Shown: piece by piece, positions 1 to 11,324 of the stretch
How positions within the stretch are numbered: position 1 is the stretch's first letter
Layout of the letters: every line of letters begins with the position of its first letter
From: a virus
Taxonomy: Duplodnaviria > Heunggongvirae > Uroviricota > Caudoviricetes
Length of the DNA stretch: 64,000 bases
IMG/VR virus record: IMGVR_UViG_3300042154_004306
Reading direction: 5' to 3' (one strand)
Made by a program: the position numbers and the translations under genes
Notes under the pieces: generated by a model
The model's database searches: none
Seen by the model: the letters and a program-made list of their open reading frames with translations, nothing else
What the model was told of the DNA's origin: nothing

Positions 1-2
1 AT

Positions 3-2297
3 GCAGATAATACTCTTGCGATCAAGCAAAAAATTGCATCTAAAGAACAAAGTTCATCTCAAATATCTGAACTTGACAAGCAGATTAGTGCAACTCGTGC
101 TAACTTAAATACGAATGCATCTTTGAATGAAGGTCAAAAATTAAAACTTGAACAAGACTTAAAGACCTATGCTGATCGTCGATTAACTCTTTCTAAAACT
201 TTACAAAGTGTTGTAAGCGATATTACAACCTCAATCAAATCAACCCCAAGTTTCATAAAGAATCCAGAATATCGAGTTAGAGGATTTTGGGCTATTCCAG
301 AACCTAGACAAACTCTACATGGCTTACAGAAGGTAGCTCAGTTTAAAATATCTTATCGTACTTTAAGCAAGACCGGCAGTAGCAAAACAGCCGATCAAAT
401 AGAGTTCGTTGATGCGAATGGAAATAAAGTAACTGGAGCCTTCTCGCCATGGAGAGAATACTTATCTAAGGCCAGAACTAAAAAGCTAAATACGTCAACT
501 GGTTATTATGAATGGGCAGATGAAAATTTAGCGGATCCAGATACAGTTAACTCAAATCAATTAGACATTCCAATTAAAAAGGGAGAAGTTGTTGAAATTA
601 GAATCAAGAGTTTATCTGAAGCAGGTTGGCCAGATTCTCCAATTGAATCCGGTTGGTCTGATAGTATTCTAGTTGAATTCCCAGCTGATATTGAAACGGT
701 TGAAGATGCAACAATCGTATCTCAACAAGCATTTGCAGATGAGGCACGTTTAAACTTCCAGGATGAATTAAATTCAAAAGGATTAGATATTCACCTTTCC
801 ACCGCATTCACGACTCGTGATAAGTATTATGCCCACAAAGCTGAGGACGTTGCGAGTGGATTTTTTGCAACCGATGGAAACGTTGTTGATCTTTACACAA
901 AGTTAAAGGCAATTGCTGATGATTTATCGGCAGTTCAAACTTCAATATCTACTGGAGCCGGTGCTTTAAAAGTAAGTATCATTGATCAATTAGGTAATGA
1001 AAAAGAAGTAAAGAATGGAGATTCGATTTCGCTGTTTGCTGGATACTATAAGGATCTAATCAAAGATACTAGTGTAACTCCAGTACAATATACTAATGGA
1101 AAAGTCGTGGCAGTACAATACCTTGTACAATTACAAAATACATCACAAACTGCACTACAATTAATTTCAACTTTAGCTGGAGGAATTGGAGTTCCAGCGG
1201 ACGACTCAGATCCAATTGCATATCCGACTTCTAACTATCATAAGAATTTACGATATGACAGAGTTCCATTAAGCATTAATAACTCAACTGATCAGACCAT
1301 TAGTAATTTTGTACAAAAGGACGGTTACCAATCATCTCATGTTCAAAGTCAATTTATGTATAGTCGTTACAAAGATATTACATTAGCGAATGACCTATAT
1401 GCTGGAGATAATCAAGGAGTGTATCCATACGTCAATGCGACATCTGGTAACTACGCATACGGCGGATTCCAAATAGGTTCAAACTACGTACCTTATGTAT
1501 ACGGTCACTATGTACCGTTTGACCCAACTCTATCAGCTACTCCTTATGCTACTAGTACTAACTCAAATGTATGGAACGGCACGTTATCCGGTTCAACCCC
1601 AAATGGTAGCGGTAAGTTGAGCGAGTTTTGTATTCACAAAAATCATCCAGAGATAACTACTGCCTGGAATCAAGCAACTTGGGATACAGCCAGACCTGCG
1701 TATCTTACGACCGATACCATTCAAAAGTATCTTCCGTTCAGCCAAGCGATTCATTGCGAAACCTCTGAGTCTGAGGGAACCAATGAGTTTGGCGCATCGT
1801 ATCTACAACAAGCCGCATACCAGAGACCTGCAGATGTTACGTTGGGAGCAGCCTCTTCTACTCTAAGAGAAAATCAATACCCTATCAAGAACGGATTTCT
1901 TAAGAACGATGAGTATTTAGTAGGTAAGTATACATGTGGAGCGTATTTGTACATGGCTCCATCCTCGTATTCATCAATATCCGTTGCTGGATTAAGCCCA
2001 TCTGGCGCAACAAAACAACTTGCATACGGCTCAGCTAATGCAATTAAGATTCCGTTAATATTCCAATTTAGAGCTAATGACAAACTTGGAAACATTGGCG
2101 GCTGGCGAGTAGCAAATCCAACTGGTCTAAAAAATGTTAAGTACTCTAAGAAAATTGGATTAGACATCTACACAACAGGTTCAGTATTTTCATTTGATGT
2201 AACCGTCGGTACTCAATACGAAAAGGAAACTGCAGTTGTTACTCCACTTAGTCAATTAGATATTTCAACATTTAGTGCAGTAGGCGCAACCGCTTAA
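3..2297 (+). CDS. Large putative virion structural protein, 5'-truncated by the window edge
   Basis: The frame is open from position 3 through the TTG at 123, so the true start lies upstream. Coiled-coil-like N-terminal part, then beta-rich sequence; no diagnostic motif. Confidence 0.6.
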   Translation, partial: ADNTLAIKQKIASKEQSSSQISELDKQISATRANLNTNASLNEGQKLKLEQDLKTYADRRLTLSKTLQSVVSDITTSIKSTPSFIKNPEYRVRGFWAIPEPRQTLHGLQKVAQFKISYRTLSKTGSSKTADQIEFVDANGNKVTGAFSPWREYLSKARTKKLNTSTGYYEWADENLADPDTVNSNQLDIPIKKGEVVEIRIKSLSEAGWPDSPIESGWSDSILVEFPADIETVEDATIVSQQAFADEARLNFQDELNSKGLDIHLSTAFTTRDKYYAHKAEDVASGFFATDGNVVDLYTKLKAIADDLSAVQTSISTGAGALKVSIIDQLGNEKEVKNGDSISLFAGYYKDLIKDTSVTPVQYTNGKVVAVQYLVQLQNTSQTALQLISTLAGGIGVPADDSDPIAYPTSNYHKNLRYDRVPLSINNSTDQTISNFVQKDGYQSSHVQSQFMYSRYKDITLANDLYAGDNQGVYPYVNATSGNYAYGGFQIGSNYVPYVYGHYVPFDPTLSATPYATSTNSNVWNGTLSGSTPNGSGKLSEFCIHKNHPEITTAWNQATWDTARPAYLTTDTIQKYLPFSQAIHCETSESEGTNEFGASYLQQAAYQRPADVTLGAASSTLRENQYPIKNGFLKNDEYLVGKYTCGAYLYMAPSSYSSISVAGLSPSGATKQLAYGSANAIKIPLIFQFRANDKLGNIGGWRVANPTGLKNVKYSKKIGLDIYTTGSVFSFDVTVGTQYEKETAVVTPLSQLDISTFSAVGATA

Positions 2298-2313
2298 AAT
2301 ATAACATAAACTT

Positions 2314-5300
2314 GTGGTAACATACACTCAACTTGCTGAGAGAAACGTAAGCTTTCAATTACTAAGAACTAACCCAAAATTAACAACTAACATTAAGTTA
2401 ACCGTTGATTCAGGTGGAGATCTGTGGTTAAATTCAATTAACGCAAATGAGCAGCTTGCTGATCAAAAGTATAAGAGATTCGCAATAAATGAAAATTCAA
2501 ACCATGAGATTAATCTCTATAAATTTTACGACAATGGTAAAACACCATCAGCTATTGCATACCAAGTAGGTTCAACCATTGGTAAGACTGCGGTAGCCAA
2601 GGATCTCAAAGATCAATTCGATTTTGATCTGTATACCAGTGGTGCAAAGTATTTGACAAGCAGACAATACTCTGAGAAATTTTCCTACTTTGCTCCTCTC
2701 TATTTAGATCAAGTAGTTCCAACCAAATTTGTCATTTTTAAAATACCTGGAGCCTCAAACTATACTGCCGGCCAGGGAAAGACGTTACAAAACATTTCCG
2801 TTCAAGAATTTGCAACCGACGCTTTTAAGCACTCGACCATTGTAAAAGTTTTTGACCTTGGCAAAACTTCAAAGATTGGGCAGTACTTGGAGAATATAGC
2901 TAAAAACCCAATGTTCACTAAAAAACCTCTATATGTCAATCATAAAACTGACGGATACTCATTATATAGAGGAGCTTCAATTTCAGCAGGTACTTATGTT
3001 GAAATTCCTGAGCAGTTAAGTACAGTATTTAGCAGAGCTCTACCTCTCTTAAAGGTTGAAGAATTTGTAACATTAGGATATGAAAGAAATAAGATCATAT
3101 ATCCTAAAATCTTAAATATGGAATTCCTATTTAATGATATTACTTCAAATGACTATGAATTCAATAGATATTTTGGTTTTTACTGTAATGACATTGACCT
3201 AGAAGAATTTGAAATTGATCTAGACCGAATGTATTCTGAGTCTTCCGAAAATGTAGTTGCTATTGAAACAGTTAGCCAACTGTCATTATCTCCAAGCTCA
3301 ACATTTACGTTATCGGTAACCGGTACTAATCTAGAAGATTTAGGCGTCAATAATATTTCATTTACTGGATCAGGTAATATTTCAGTTACGAATGCCGTAT
3401 TTAGCAGTGGAGTTCTAACAATTTCTGGAACATACACTAGCTTTCCTCAAGGCACGCAACTTACAATAACTGCTAATAACATTAATTCCATTAAGTTTGA
3501 ACTTCAAAGTTCAACGATTAGTGATCCATGGGTTGAACTTGAGACTCTGGTATTTGATCCATTTGTTAATGATCAAGCGTTACCGGTAAAATACAGTCAA
3601 GCTGATGATATTTCGCTTACCTTAACTAATTCAACTGGAGTTAAGCTTAATGGAAAAGAGCTAGGTCAAAACCTTAGTGATATAAATCAAAACCGAACAT
3701 CGACTGAGACTCTATTCTTTCCATATATCAAGTCAAAAACTGGAGACCTTCATCTAATTAATTCAAATGATTGGAATCAAAGCGATACACTAGTCACCTT
3801 TAAAATAGATGAGGTTAGCGTTGATCTAGGTACATTCTTTGGACCTACCGATTTAATTTCTCAGCCAACTGCCTCAATTTCAAAGGTTGACACCAAGTCG
3901 ACCGTTGCTCTACAATTGGTTAATAAGCCAGATCATTTGGATCGTCTTAGAATATACCATCCTAGTGGAAGTTGCCTAGACGTAAATGATAGCGGTGGAA
4001 GATACGATGAAATAGTTTTTGTAAAATCGTACTTTACTGGCGGACCTTCAAGCTTGCCTACTGGAACCACATACGTTGTTGATTATCCAACTATTCCAAT
4101 TATAAATTTCTCAGCGCTCGATCCAAATTCAGTACCTCCATCCAACTCACAATATTCACCAGCAGCTATCGGAACACAATACATTTCAACAATTGATAAC
4201 AGCAAGTGGTACTTCAATGGAACAGAATACATTGAAGGAGTTTACGGTTCTAGAATATACGTTAATGCGGACCTAGATATTAGTCAAATCACGCAAGCAA
4301 TTTATGGTGTTACAATAGAATTAAGAGACTCCTCTATTATTGCAGTACCATTCAACGATACAGTATTCATACAGTCTCGTGAATTTGGAGATACTTACGG
4401 AGAGTTAAAAATTAGGGTAATTGCTACAGCTTCCTCAACTTTCAAAATAAATGGAACTTCCACAAGTTCGTTAGTTTGGGCAGATGGTGGATTTTTAAGT
4501 AAACCTCATGCAATCATTGATATTGGAAATATTGAAAAGTTAACTCCAATACTTGATGATATAGTCGTAAAGACCAACACTAATTGGTCAAAGATTAGTC
4601 GAGTGTGTAGAGCGGTTGATTTAGTTAAAAGCGGACTATCTGATGCTGATCAAGCAGCAGCTCTCTCATACTTCAATAACTATGCAACAATTGAGCTAAT
4701 CGATGATGAAGCTGTCAATGTTAATTATGATAAAATAGAAATCAGAAAATTATTCAAACCTAAAATTGGAGTACTTTCAATTTTTGAAGTAATGGACATT
4801 GATTTTTCAACTTACTCAACTCGATACTCTAGAAATTTATTACTTGATCTATATAAAGACATTTACATTCCAGCAAATGTTACAATGTTAGACTTTACCA
4901 AGTATTCATATCAAATAGTTGGAGATGGCGACATTGAAGTAAATGGTCAACTATACGATATGGCCTCAGTTGGAACTGGGCCAAGACCCCTAGTTTGGCA
5001 AAATACAGATCAATTATCAAAGTACACGGTGGTTAGAGGAGATGCAATTTTAATATACGGAAAAAAGAGACCAAATACTACAACTGACCCAATCAGTACA
5101 CTATATCCAGACCGATTAGACTTAGCCTATTACGATGAATCTAATGATCTAATAGATTATAGCGGCCCGTTTGCACTAAAGGCTGACCACGCATATCAAA
5201 GTCAACAAAATTTGACTTATGAGAATCGAGATCGTTACGTTTTAGGAAATGTGTCAAGTGAATACCATGTTTACCTTGAAAATTTTAATAAAGACTATGC

Positions 5301-8300
5301 CTCGACCGGTAGAGTAATTCCATACATAACTAAATGGGGGCTGGAAGATTCAACAGATGGCCGTGATAATCCATATCGATTAAACTCCGACCTTATGTTT
5401 GGCAAGGATAATTTTGGACCATCTCATCGAGAAACTTCTCCAACTCCTGAAAAGTTGACACATGAGTGGTTCTATATTGAATCAGAGTTTGGATACTTAA
5501 ATGATCCTAAACTTGCACGATATAACTTTTCGTATTTTGATTCTCCAATTGACATTGACCAATTGACCGGGTCGACTCAATATTTTGAAACTTATTTTAC
5601 GTACATTCCAAAGGTTAATGGATTTGAGGTTGATAGGCCTCAATTTAGATACTCAATTTTAAATAAGAATCAATTCACCAAGCAGTATGAAACAACGTTT
5701 AAAGGTGCCAAATTCAAATTCTATGAAATTGATGATTTTGGGAATTCAATAATTGACACAACTCGATTCGAAGACTACAAATTCAGTGTGTTACTTAAAC
5801 CAATTAAAGAGATTCCAACCGTAACTCGGCAACCTATAAAGTACAGAGTGATTGAAAATACGAATGCTAAATCGATCACAGTACTAATAGAGGTAGCAAT
5901 CGGCTATAAAGGATTATTAGACAACTCAATCTTAACTGCAGATTGGTCAACATCAACTGGCGATTTAATCAATCAAACTTCCCTATTCAATAATTCATTT
6001 AGGACAACTCAAACTAGATATTCAATTGATGCAACTATTACTGTTTCAAGTTTAACAACTTACCTAAACTTAATTAATGGAACTACCTTGATCTCAGCCG
6101 ATCTAGGCCAAACTGTTCATATTATTTACGCGCCAGTAATTTCTCCATCCAGCTCACCAATTGCTCTATATTCTTCAATAATTGCTTCGGCTGGATCTAC
6201 CGTTTACTCGGATGTCAGCAATGGACTAATATCTAATGGAGATCGACTAGGAGAGCGAACTTACGCTAGTGTTTCCCAGGCTCTACCTCTAATTTTAAAT
6301 CAAGGAACATATCCTTGCGTTAGAATTCAATCAGAGTTCCAAGATAGCTGGGAGTTGAATACTGCAGCTGCTGGATCAGGTCAACTTGATCCAAGTTCGG
6401 GAGTTTTTAATAATACCCTAAATGGTGGAACCCTAGCGATTAATCAAGTGTCAGCTGTTAGTTCTTCATTTTTTGCAAACGGCACAATTAATCAAAGCTA
6501 TAAATTAAATCAGATTTTACAGAGCGGAAACTCGTTTAAAATAGCGTATGGTATTGCTAACTCAAGTTACGAGGAAGTTGTTTACACAGCATCATCTTCA
6601 GTTACTTATTCTTCTGGAGTTTTCACAATACCAATCACCTATGTTAATGGAGGAGTAACTACAAGCATAACTAACGGAACAGAGGTTCTATTCAAATCGA
6701 ATTGGGTTGTACCGAGTCCAGTTGATTCAAATTCTACTGCACTAGACGAATTTTCAATAGAACATAATGTGTCTTATTACGATTCAGTATTCGGAGATTA
6801 CCGAATTGAATTTAGCAATGTTTCTAATTTAACTCATTCTTTCTTGTATTTTGCAAAAAATAAGAAATACAATAATAAAGCCGCAGCCTATTCAACGATT
6901 AAGTTGTCTAGAGGAGTTGACTTGTCTACGAGTGGAATCAATATAAGCACCGCTACTCTATTGCCTGAGTCTATTGAAACTCGCAAGCTTATTGGATTGC
7001 TGGACTATGATTCAGCAGCTGACTCTGAAATAGAACAGTCAAATATCGGATTTTCTCCATTTTATATAATAAAACCAGGTCAAAAGAGTATTGTTTTACA
7101 AATTCAAACAGTTAGCGGTCCTTCAAGTACACCAGTTTTGCCGACTCCAACCAACTTAGCAAATATTACATTGACTGAGGACGGAATCGCTGGAGCAAAT
7201 CAAAATCTAGCCATTTTGTCCCAAAGCTCAACTAAATCGCTTAAGACCGTTATTCCAGCAACTATTAATTTAGGGGATATCGTTTCATTCTCTTACGCTG
7301 ATTCGGGTATTCCAAATGGTATCACTTCTACTTGGGTAGAGCAAGCTCAACACTTTCAAATATTTGGAGGAGTCAAGTACTTTGATAAATTATTTGGAAA
7401 CCTTTCATTTGCCAAATTTGTTCAACTATTGGACAAATCACAAGAAGTTATTAGCTGGGAAACATATACTGATGGCATTAATCTAAACGTCAAGAAGCTC
7501 TCAATGGAGGTGCTGGCTGCTGATGAAATTTCAAAATCAACAATTGTTAAGATTTCACAAGAGTCTGTTCAATCTGGTCAAATTAATCAAATTGCAGGAG
7601 TTACGCTAAGTGAAGTTAATTCACAAGCCTACTCAGTTAACAGATACTCTGGCGAATATGATATTATAACTAAACCGACCGCTGGATTCAAGTACAATTT
7701 TTCAATAAATGAAAATGACTTAACTAGTGCAAATGTTTGCCTAAATCCTCACGTTGAAAATTTCTTTGTAATACCGGAGTTTGAGTTTGTTAAGTACGCA
7801 AAAACTTCAATTTTAGATTTAGAGAACAGCCAAAACTATTCAGCTGAGTATCCATTAATTGGAGAAACTCCAATTGACCGAACCTCTTTAAATATCTTAT
7901 CTTCTAGCTGGGATTACAATTACCATTTTGAGTATTCACAAAAGAACACATTCTCTAGAATTCCAGGAAGCCGTAGGGTTACAGAAGACTATTCGTTCAT
8001 TTCGAAGCTTATCAATGTTCCGACCGGTTTTACAATTGAGTCATTCACTGCGCTTGAGGTAGATAATCCAACCTTCTTAACCTCAACTGCAACAACCGCT
8101 AACTTAGAATATTCGATTTTTGGAAATGAAGTTCGTTTCAAATTGAACATAACTGACCTAATAACTAAGCACCTATCAGATAACGGTCTTCGCTCTGAAT
8201 TCCAAAAGTTCTTTAAGGATGAGACTGGCAACTTAATTACAACGAGTACAGAATTTCTTGGTGATCTAACCTTTGAACAGTACTTAGCTCAATACTGCTC

Positions 8301-8547
8301 TACTAACTTAATTAAGTTATATTCAATTGAAAGTTTCGAGTTCTATTCACTAAATGATAGTACAATACCTAATAATTTAGTTAACTTCATTCAAGTAGAT
8401 TACGATTTGCTTGGAGATCTAGGTTATAGCTTAATTCGAAATGTCAAAATAAATAATACCAAATCAAACCTAGTAGAAGGCTCGATTTTGATAAAACCTA
8501 ACACCGGTGTAAAACTAGTGCCAAAAATAAAAATTAAATTCATTTAA
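2314..8547 (+). CDS. 2077-aa putative virion structural protein (baseplate/tail-associated)
   Basis: Long GTG-start ORF, S/T/N-rich beta-type composition, in a run of structural genes. Function inferred from context only. Confidence 0.55.
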   Translation: MVTYTQLAERNVSFQLLRTNPKLTTNIKLTVDSGGDLWLNSINANEQLADQKYKRFAINENSNHEINLYKFYDNGKTPSAIAYQVGSTIGKTAVAKDLKDQFDFDLYTSGAKYLTSRQYSEKFSYFAPLYLDQVVPTKFVIFKIPGASNYTAGQGKTLQNISVQEFATDAFKHSTIVKVFDLGKTSKIGQYLENIAKNPMFTKKPLYVNHKTDGYSLYRGASISAGTYVEIPEQLSTVFSRALPLLKVEEFVTLGYERNKIIYPKILNMEFLFNDITSNDYEFNRYFGFYCNDIDLEEFEIDLDRMYSESSENVVAIETVSQLSLSPSSTFTLSVTGTNLEDLGVNNISFTGSGNISVTNAVFSSGVLTISGTYTSFPQGTQLTITANNINSIKFELQSSTISDPWVELETLVFDPFVNDQALPVKYSQADDISLTLTNSTGVKLNGKELGQNLSDINQNRTSTETLFFPYIKSKTGDLHLINSNDWNQSDTLVTFKIDEVSVDLGTFFGPTDLISQPTASISKVDTKSTVALQLVNKPDHLDRLRIYHPSGSCLDVNDSGGRYDEIVFVKSYFTGGPSSLPTGTTYVVDYPTIPIINFSALDPNSVPPSNSQYSPAAIGTQYISTIDNSKWYFNGTEYIEGVYGSRIYVNADLDISQITQAIYGVTIELRDSSIIAVPFNDTVFIQSREFGDTYGELKIRVIATASSTFKINGTSTSSLVWADGGFLSKPHAIIDIGNIEKLTPILDDIVVKTNTNWSKISRVCRAVDLVKSGLSDADQAAALSYFNNYATIELIDDEAVNVNYDKIEIRKLFKPKIGVLSIFEVMDIDFSTYSTRYSRNLLLDLYKDIYIPANVTMLDFTKYSYQIVGDGDIEVNGQLYDMASVGTGPRPLVWQNTDQLSKYTVVRGDAILIYGKKRPNTTTDPISTLYPDRLDLAYYDESNDLIDYSGPFALKADHAYQSQQNLTYENRDRYVLGNVSSEYHVYLENFNKDYASTGRVIPYITKWGLEDSTDGRDNPYRLNSDLMFGKDNFGPSHRETSPTPEKLTHEWFYIESEFGYLNDPKLARYNFSYFDSPIDIDQLTGSTQYFETYFTYIPKVNGFEVDRPQFRYSILNKNQFTKQYETTFKGAKFKFYEIDDFGNSIIDTTRFEDYKFSVLLKPIKEIPTVTRQPIKYRVIENTNAKSITVLIEVAIGYKGLLDNSILTADWSTSTGDLINQTSLFNNSFRTTQTRYSIDATITVSSLTTYLNLINGTTLISADLGQTVHIIYAPVISPSSSPIALYSSIIASAGSTVYSDVSNGLISNGDRLGERTYASVSQALPLILNQGTYPCVRIQSEFQDSWELNTAAAGSGQLDPSSGVFNNTLNGGTLAINQVSAVSSSFFANGTINQSYKLNQILQSGNSFKIAYGIANSSYEEVVYTASSSVTYSSGVFTIPITYVNGGVTTSITNGTEVLFKSNWVVPSPVDSNSTALDEFSIEHNVSYYDSVFGDYRIEFSNVSNLTHSFLYFAKNKKYNNKAAAYSTIKLSRGVDLSTSGINISTATLLPESIETRKLIGLLDYDSAADSEIEQSNIGFSPFYIIKPGQKSIVLQIQTVSGPSSTPVLPTPTNLANITLTEDGIAGANQNLAILSQSSTKSLKTVIPATINLGDIVSFSYADSGIPNGITSTWVEQAQHFQIFGGVKYFDKLFGNLSFAKFVQLLDKSQEVISWETYTDGINLNVKKLSMEVLAADEISKSTIVKISQESVQSGQINQIAGVTLSEVNSQAYSVNRYSGEYDIITKPTAGFKYNFSINENDLTSANVCLNPHVENFFVIPEFEFVKYAKTSILDLENSQNYSAEYPLIGETPIDRTSLNILSSSWDYNYHFEYSQKNTFSRIPGSRRVTEDYSFISKLINVPTGFTIESFTALEVDNPTFLTSTATTANLEYSIFGNEVRFKLNITDLITKHLSDNGLRSEFQKFFKDETGNLITTSTEFLGDLTFEQYLAQYCSTNLIKLYSIESFEFYSLNDSTIPNNLVNFIQVDYDLLGDLGYSLIRNVKINNTKSNLVEGSILIKPNTGVKLVPKIKIKFI

Positions 8548-11324
8548 TGGCAATCATTATAAATTTAAAGGAGATATTCGCAACCGATAGTCAAGTTGAT
8601 GTCTCAAATAAAGTAAACTTCAACTTTAATCAATTAATTGCACTCGGCATAGGTGCAACTGGTCCAACTGGCCTAACTGGCCCAATCGGCCCGGCTGGCC
8701 CAATCGGCCCAATCGGCCCAATTGGTGAAACTGGCTCAGTTATTTACGGAACAACTCCAGCAACCGCCGCCACAAGCGCACCATCTGGTGCACCGTCTGG
8801 TATTAGAACCGGCGATGTTTTAATCACAGCTGACAAAGTTTTTAAAAAGGTATTAACCAGTGGATCTAATCTCTATGGTTGGGAAGTATTGACAGATTTC
8901 AATACGCTAGTTCAAACCGCACTAGGTACAAATATTTCTCCGTACGTTAGATTGGGAGCCTCTTCTAGAGTCGTAAAACCTAGAGTTACAGCAGGCTTAG
9001 ATTTAACAAATAGCGCGACTAGCGGAGACCCTAACTTTGTAATTCCAGGATTAGGAACAAATTATCAAACCGTTCTCTATAATTTCAATGAGTTAAAAAC
9101 ACGCTCATTAGCATTAGTCTCCTCAAACATTGCAGCGATTGCAAATTCATCAACCGAAGTATCATTTAATGCAAGTAGTTCGTCGGTTGTAAGTTTGACT
9201 AATAATCAAATAACTGTGTCGGCTGGACACGGCTTAACTACTGGCCAATTCGTAACCTATTCTAATGAGGGCGGTACATCAATCGGCGGATTAACAAATA
9301 ATGGAGGATATTACGTGTATGCTTCTAGTGGAACAGTATTCTCTCTTTGTGAAACCTATGCCTATGCTTTAGCTGGTACTCCGGTAATTGACCTAACTAG
9401 TTTAGGTAATTCAGGATCTCCTCATAAATTCATAACTTATCCAGCCTCAGTAGACAGCATATTTCCACAAACTTCAAATTTATCGGTTTACTCTTTCTTT
9501 AACAGCACGGCGTCTGCCGCAAAAGAATTTGAAACTGATCCAAACTCAAAGGGTTACAGAGGTCAAATTGAACTAGGTTCAGTAGACACTCTATCAACTG
9601 CATATACTGGAATTACTTCTCAAAGCTTCTTGATTAGTCCAAGCTTTGAAAACTTAAGAATTCGAAAATACCGATTAGGAGGTTTCACAATCAGTGGTGG
9701 AACTACTGCCAATCCTGGAGACTATATGCTCCGAGCTGAATACGATCTTTCCTCAAGCGGAAGTGAGGTCGCTGAGTCATTCTCACCTCGAAGAAACAGC
9801 GAGCACCGATGGTTAATCAACAAGGCCGGTACTTCGCAATCAGTTGGCCGAACAGTTGAAATGAAATTGACGAACGAGCATATAATAGAAAACACCGAGG
9901 CTACCGCATTTGCTGCCGGCGTGTCGGTTGACGGTTTATTCTTTAAGAGAGGTGCAAGCTTTGGAGCAGGTTTAGCCGTTAATTACTTTGGAATAGGATT
10001 TAATCCAGCGAATAATAACTCAATTGATTTCGATGCGCCAAGTGGAGTGACATTCAATTTCAATAGGAATATCGTAATAGGTAGCTCAACCCTAAAAACA
10101 AACGAGATCGATTACACCGGAGGAGTTGGAACAACCTGGAAAATAACAACCGTCAATGGTGATCTTAAACTTGAAACTCAAAATGCAACTGCAACAATTT
10201 CACTAAACAATGCAGTCGTCGTAAAAGAGAATCGCCTCGCACAAGGTCTGCCATTCCCAGTAACTCAAGTTGCATCGGCTGATTCAAATACGCTCGATGA
10301 TTATGAAGAAGGCACATGGACTCCAACACTTTACGGTGGAGCCCTACAAAATCTAGCAAACTCAAACCCATCATTTAAGAGACTTATGACCACTACGTCA
10401 GGTGACTTAGCTAGTTATGCTAATCCAGCTAGAGCATATTACACAACAGGCGGTCTGGTTGAAGAAGTTGGACTATACGGACCTATTGGATCAGGGTCAA
10501 GTTATACATACCGCGATATTCCAATCACAGTTGAATACGCACAATACGTTAAGATTGGAAAAAAGGTGACATGTTGGGTAAATTTCACGATTAGCCCTAC
10601 ATTTAACTGGATAACAACAACTTATACTGGAACATTCGCAGCCACCACACCGACTTCAGTATATACTGCCGGTTCAAATGCAAGTCGTTGTGATTTCTTA
10701 TATGCTACAAATGGGACTTGGCTCGATAGCTGTGCAATAGGGCTTACTCTACCGTTTGGAACACACCTTGAGCCGACTGCAGGTTCAGTGGGTGCGATAC
10801 TACCCACCGGAATGGAAGATCGTCTTAGCGACACTGTGCTCGCCGGTAGTTTTAATCTACAAATAGACAATAATGTGAATCCGTCTTTTGGGTCCAGCCC
10901 AACCTATCCAGTCATACAGTATCCAGCATTATATCAGAATCCCCTAACTTATACTGCTGGTGTGGCAACCGGCGGAGACGTTTCAACCTCTGGCGCTGTA
11001 GGCCTAACGGCCAATGCGTTACCAATCAACCCAACTGGAAAGTCCGAAATTAGACTCGGCAAGGTTCAGACCAGATTACTCAGCGGTTCATCAAGCTATT
11101 CCCCAGCTGCACTATTCTTTGGCGAAAGAGATGTTAAAGGAGTGGATGCGTTTAGTAATTCAGGCTTCGCTAGTCGTAATGCCGGTACAAGTAAATTAAG
11201 TCCAGTTACCGCCTTTGATTGCATATACGAAGCGTGGGTTCCAACATCGGCTCCAGCGGACAGCAATTATCAGGACAAGCTTATCAGGTTTCAGTGCCAC
11301 TTTACGTACGAAACTGCCAATTAA
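8547..11324 (+). CDS. Tail fibre-like protein with a short collagen (GPT/GPI) segment
   Basis: GATGPTGLTGPIGPAGPIGPIGPIG collagen run, an HGLTTGQFVTY virion-protein repeat motif and the NTLDDYEEGTWTP motif common in phage fibres. ATAAATAA at 8449-8456. Confidence 0.65.
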   Translation: MAIIINLKEIFATDSQVDVSNKVNFNFNQLIALGIGATGPTGLTGPIGPAGPIGPIGPIGETGSVIYGTTPATAATSAPSGAPSGIRTGDVLITADKVFKKVLTSGSNLYGWEVLTDFNTLVQTALGTNISPYVRLGASSRVVKPRVTAGLDLTNSATSGDPNFVIPGLGTNYQTVLYNFNELKTRSLALVSSNIAAIANSSTEVSFNASSSSVVSLTNNQITVSAGHGLTTGQFVTYSNEGGTSIGGLTNNGGYYVYASSGTVFSLCETYAYALAGTPVIDLTSLGNSGSPHKFITYPASVDSIFPQTSNLSVYSFFNSTASAAKEFETDPNSKGYRGQIELGSVDTLSTAYTGITSQSFLISPSFENLRIRKYRLGGFTISGGTTANPGDYMLRAEYDLSSSGSEVAESFSPRRNSEHRWLINKAGTSQSVGRTVEMKLTNEHIIENTEATAFAAGVSVDGLFFKRGASFGAGLAVNYFGIGFNPANNNSIDFDAPSGVTFNFNRNIVIGSSTLKTNEIDYTGGVGTTWKITTVNGDLKLETQNATATISLNNAVVVKENRLAQGLPFPVTQVASADSNTLDDYEEGTWTPTLYGGALQNLANSNPSFKRLMTTTSGDLASYANPARAYYTTGGLVEEVGLYGPIGSGSSYTYRDIPITVEYAQYVKIGKKVTCWVNFTISPTFNWITTTYTGTFAATTPTSVYTAGSNASRCDFLYATNGTWLDSCAIGLTLPFGTHLEPTAGSVGAILPTGMEDRLSDTVLAGSFNLQIDNNVNPSFGSSPTYPVIQYPALYQNPLTYTAGVATGGDVSTSGAVGLTANALPINPTGKSEIRLGKVQTRLLSGSSSYSPAALFFGERDVKGVDAFSNSGFASRNAGTSKLSPVTAFDCIYEAWVPTSAPADSNYQDKLIRFQCHFTYETAN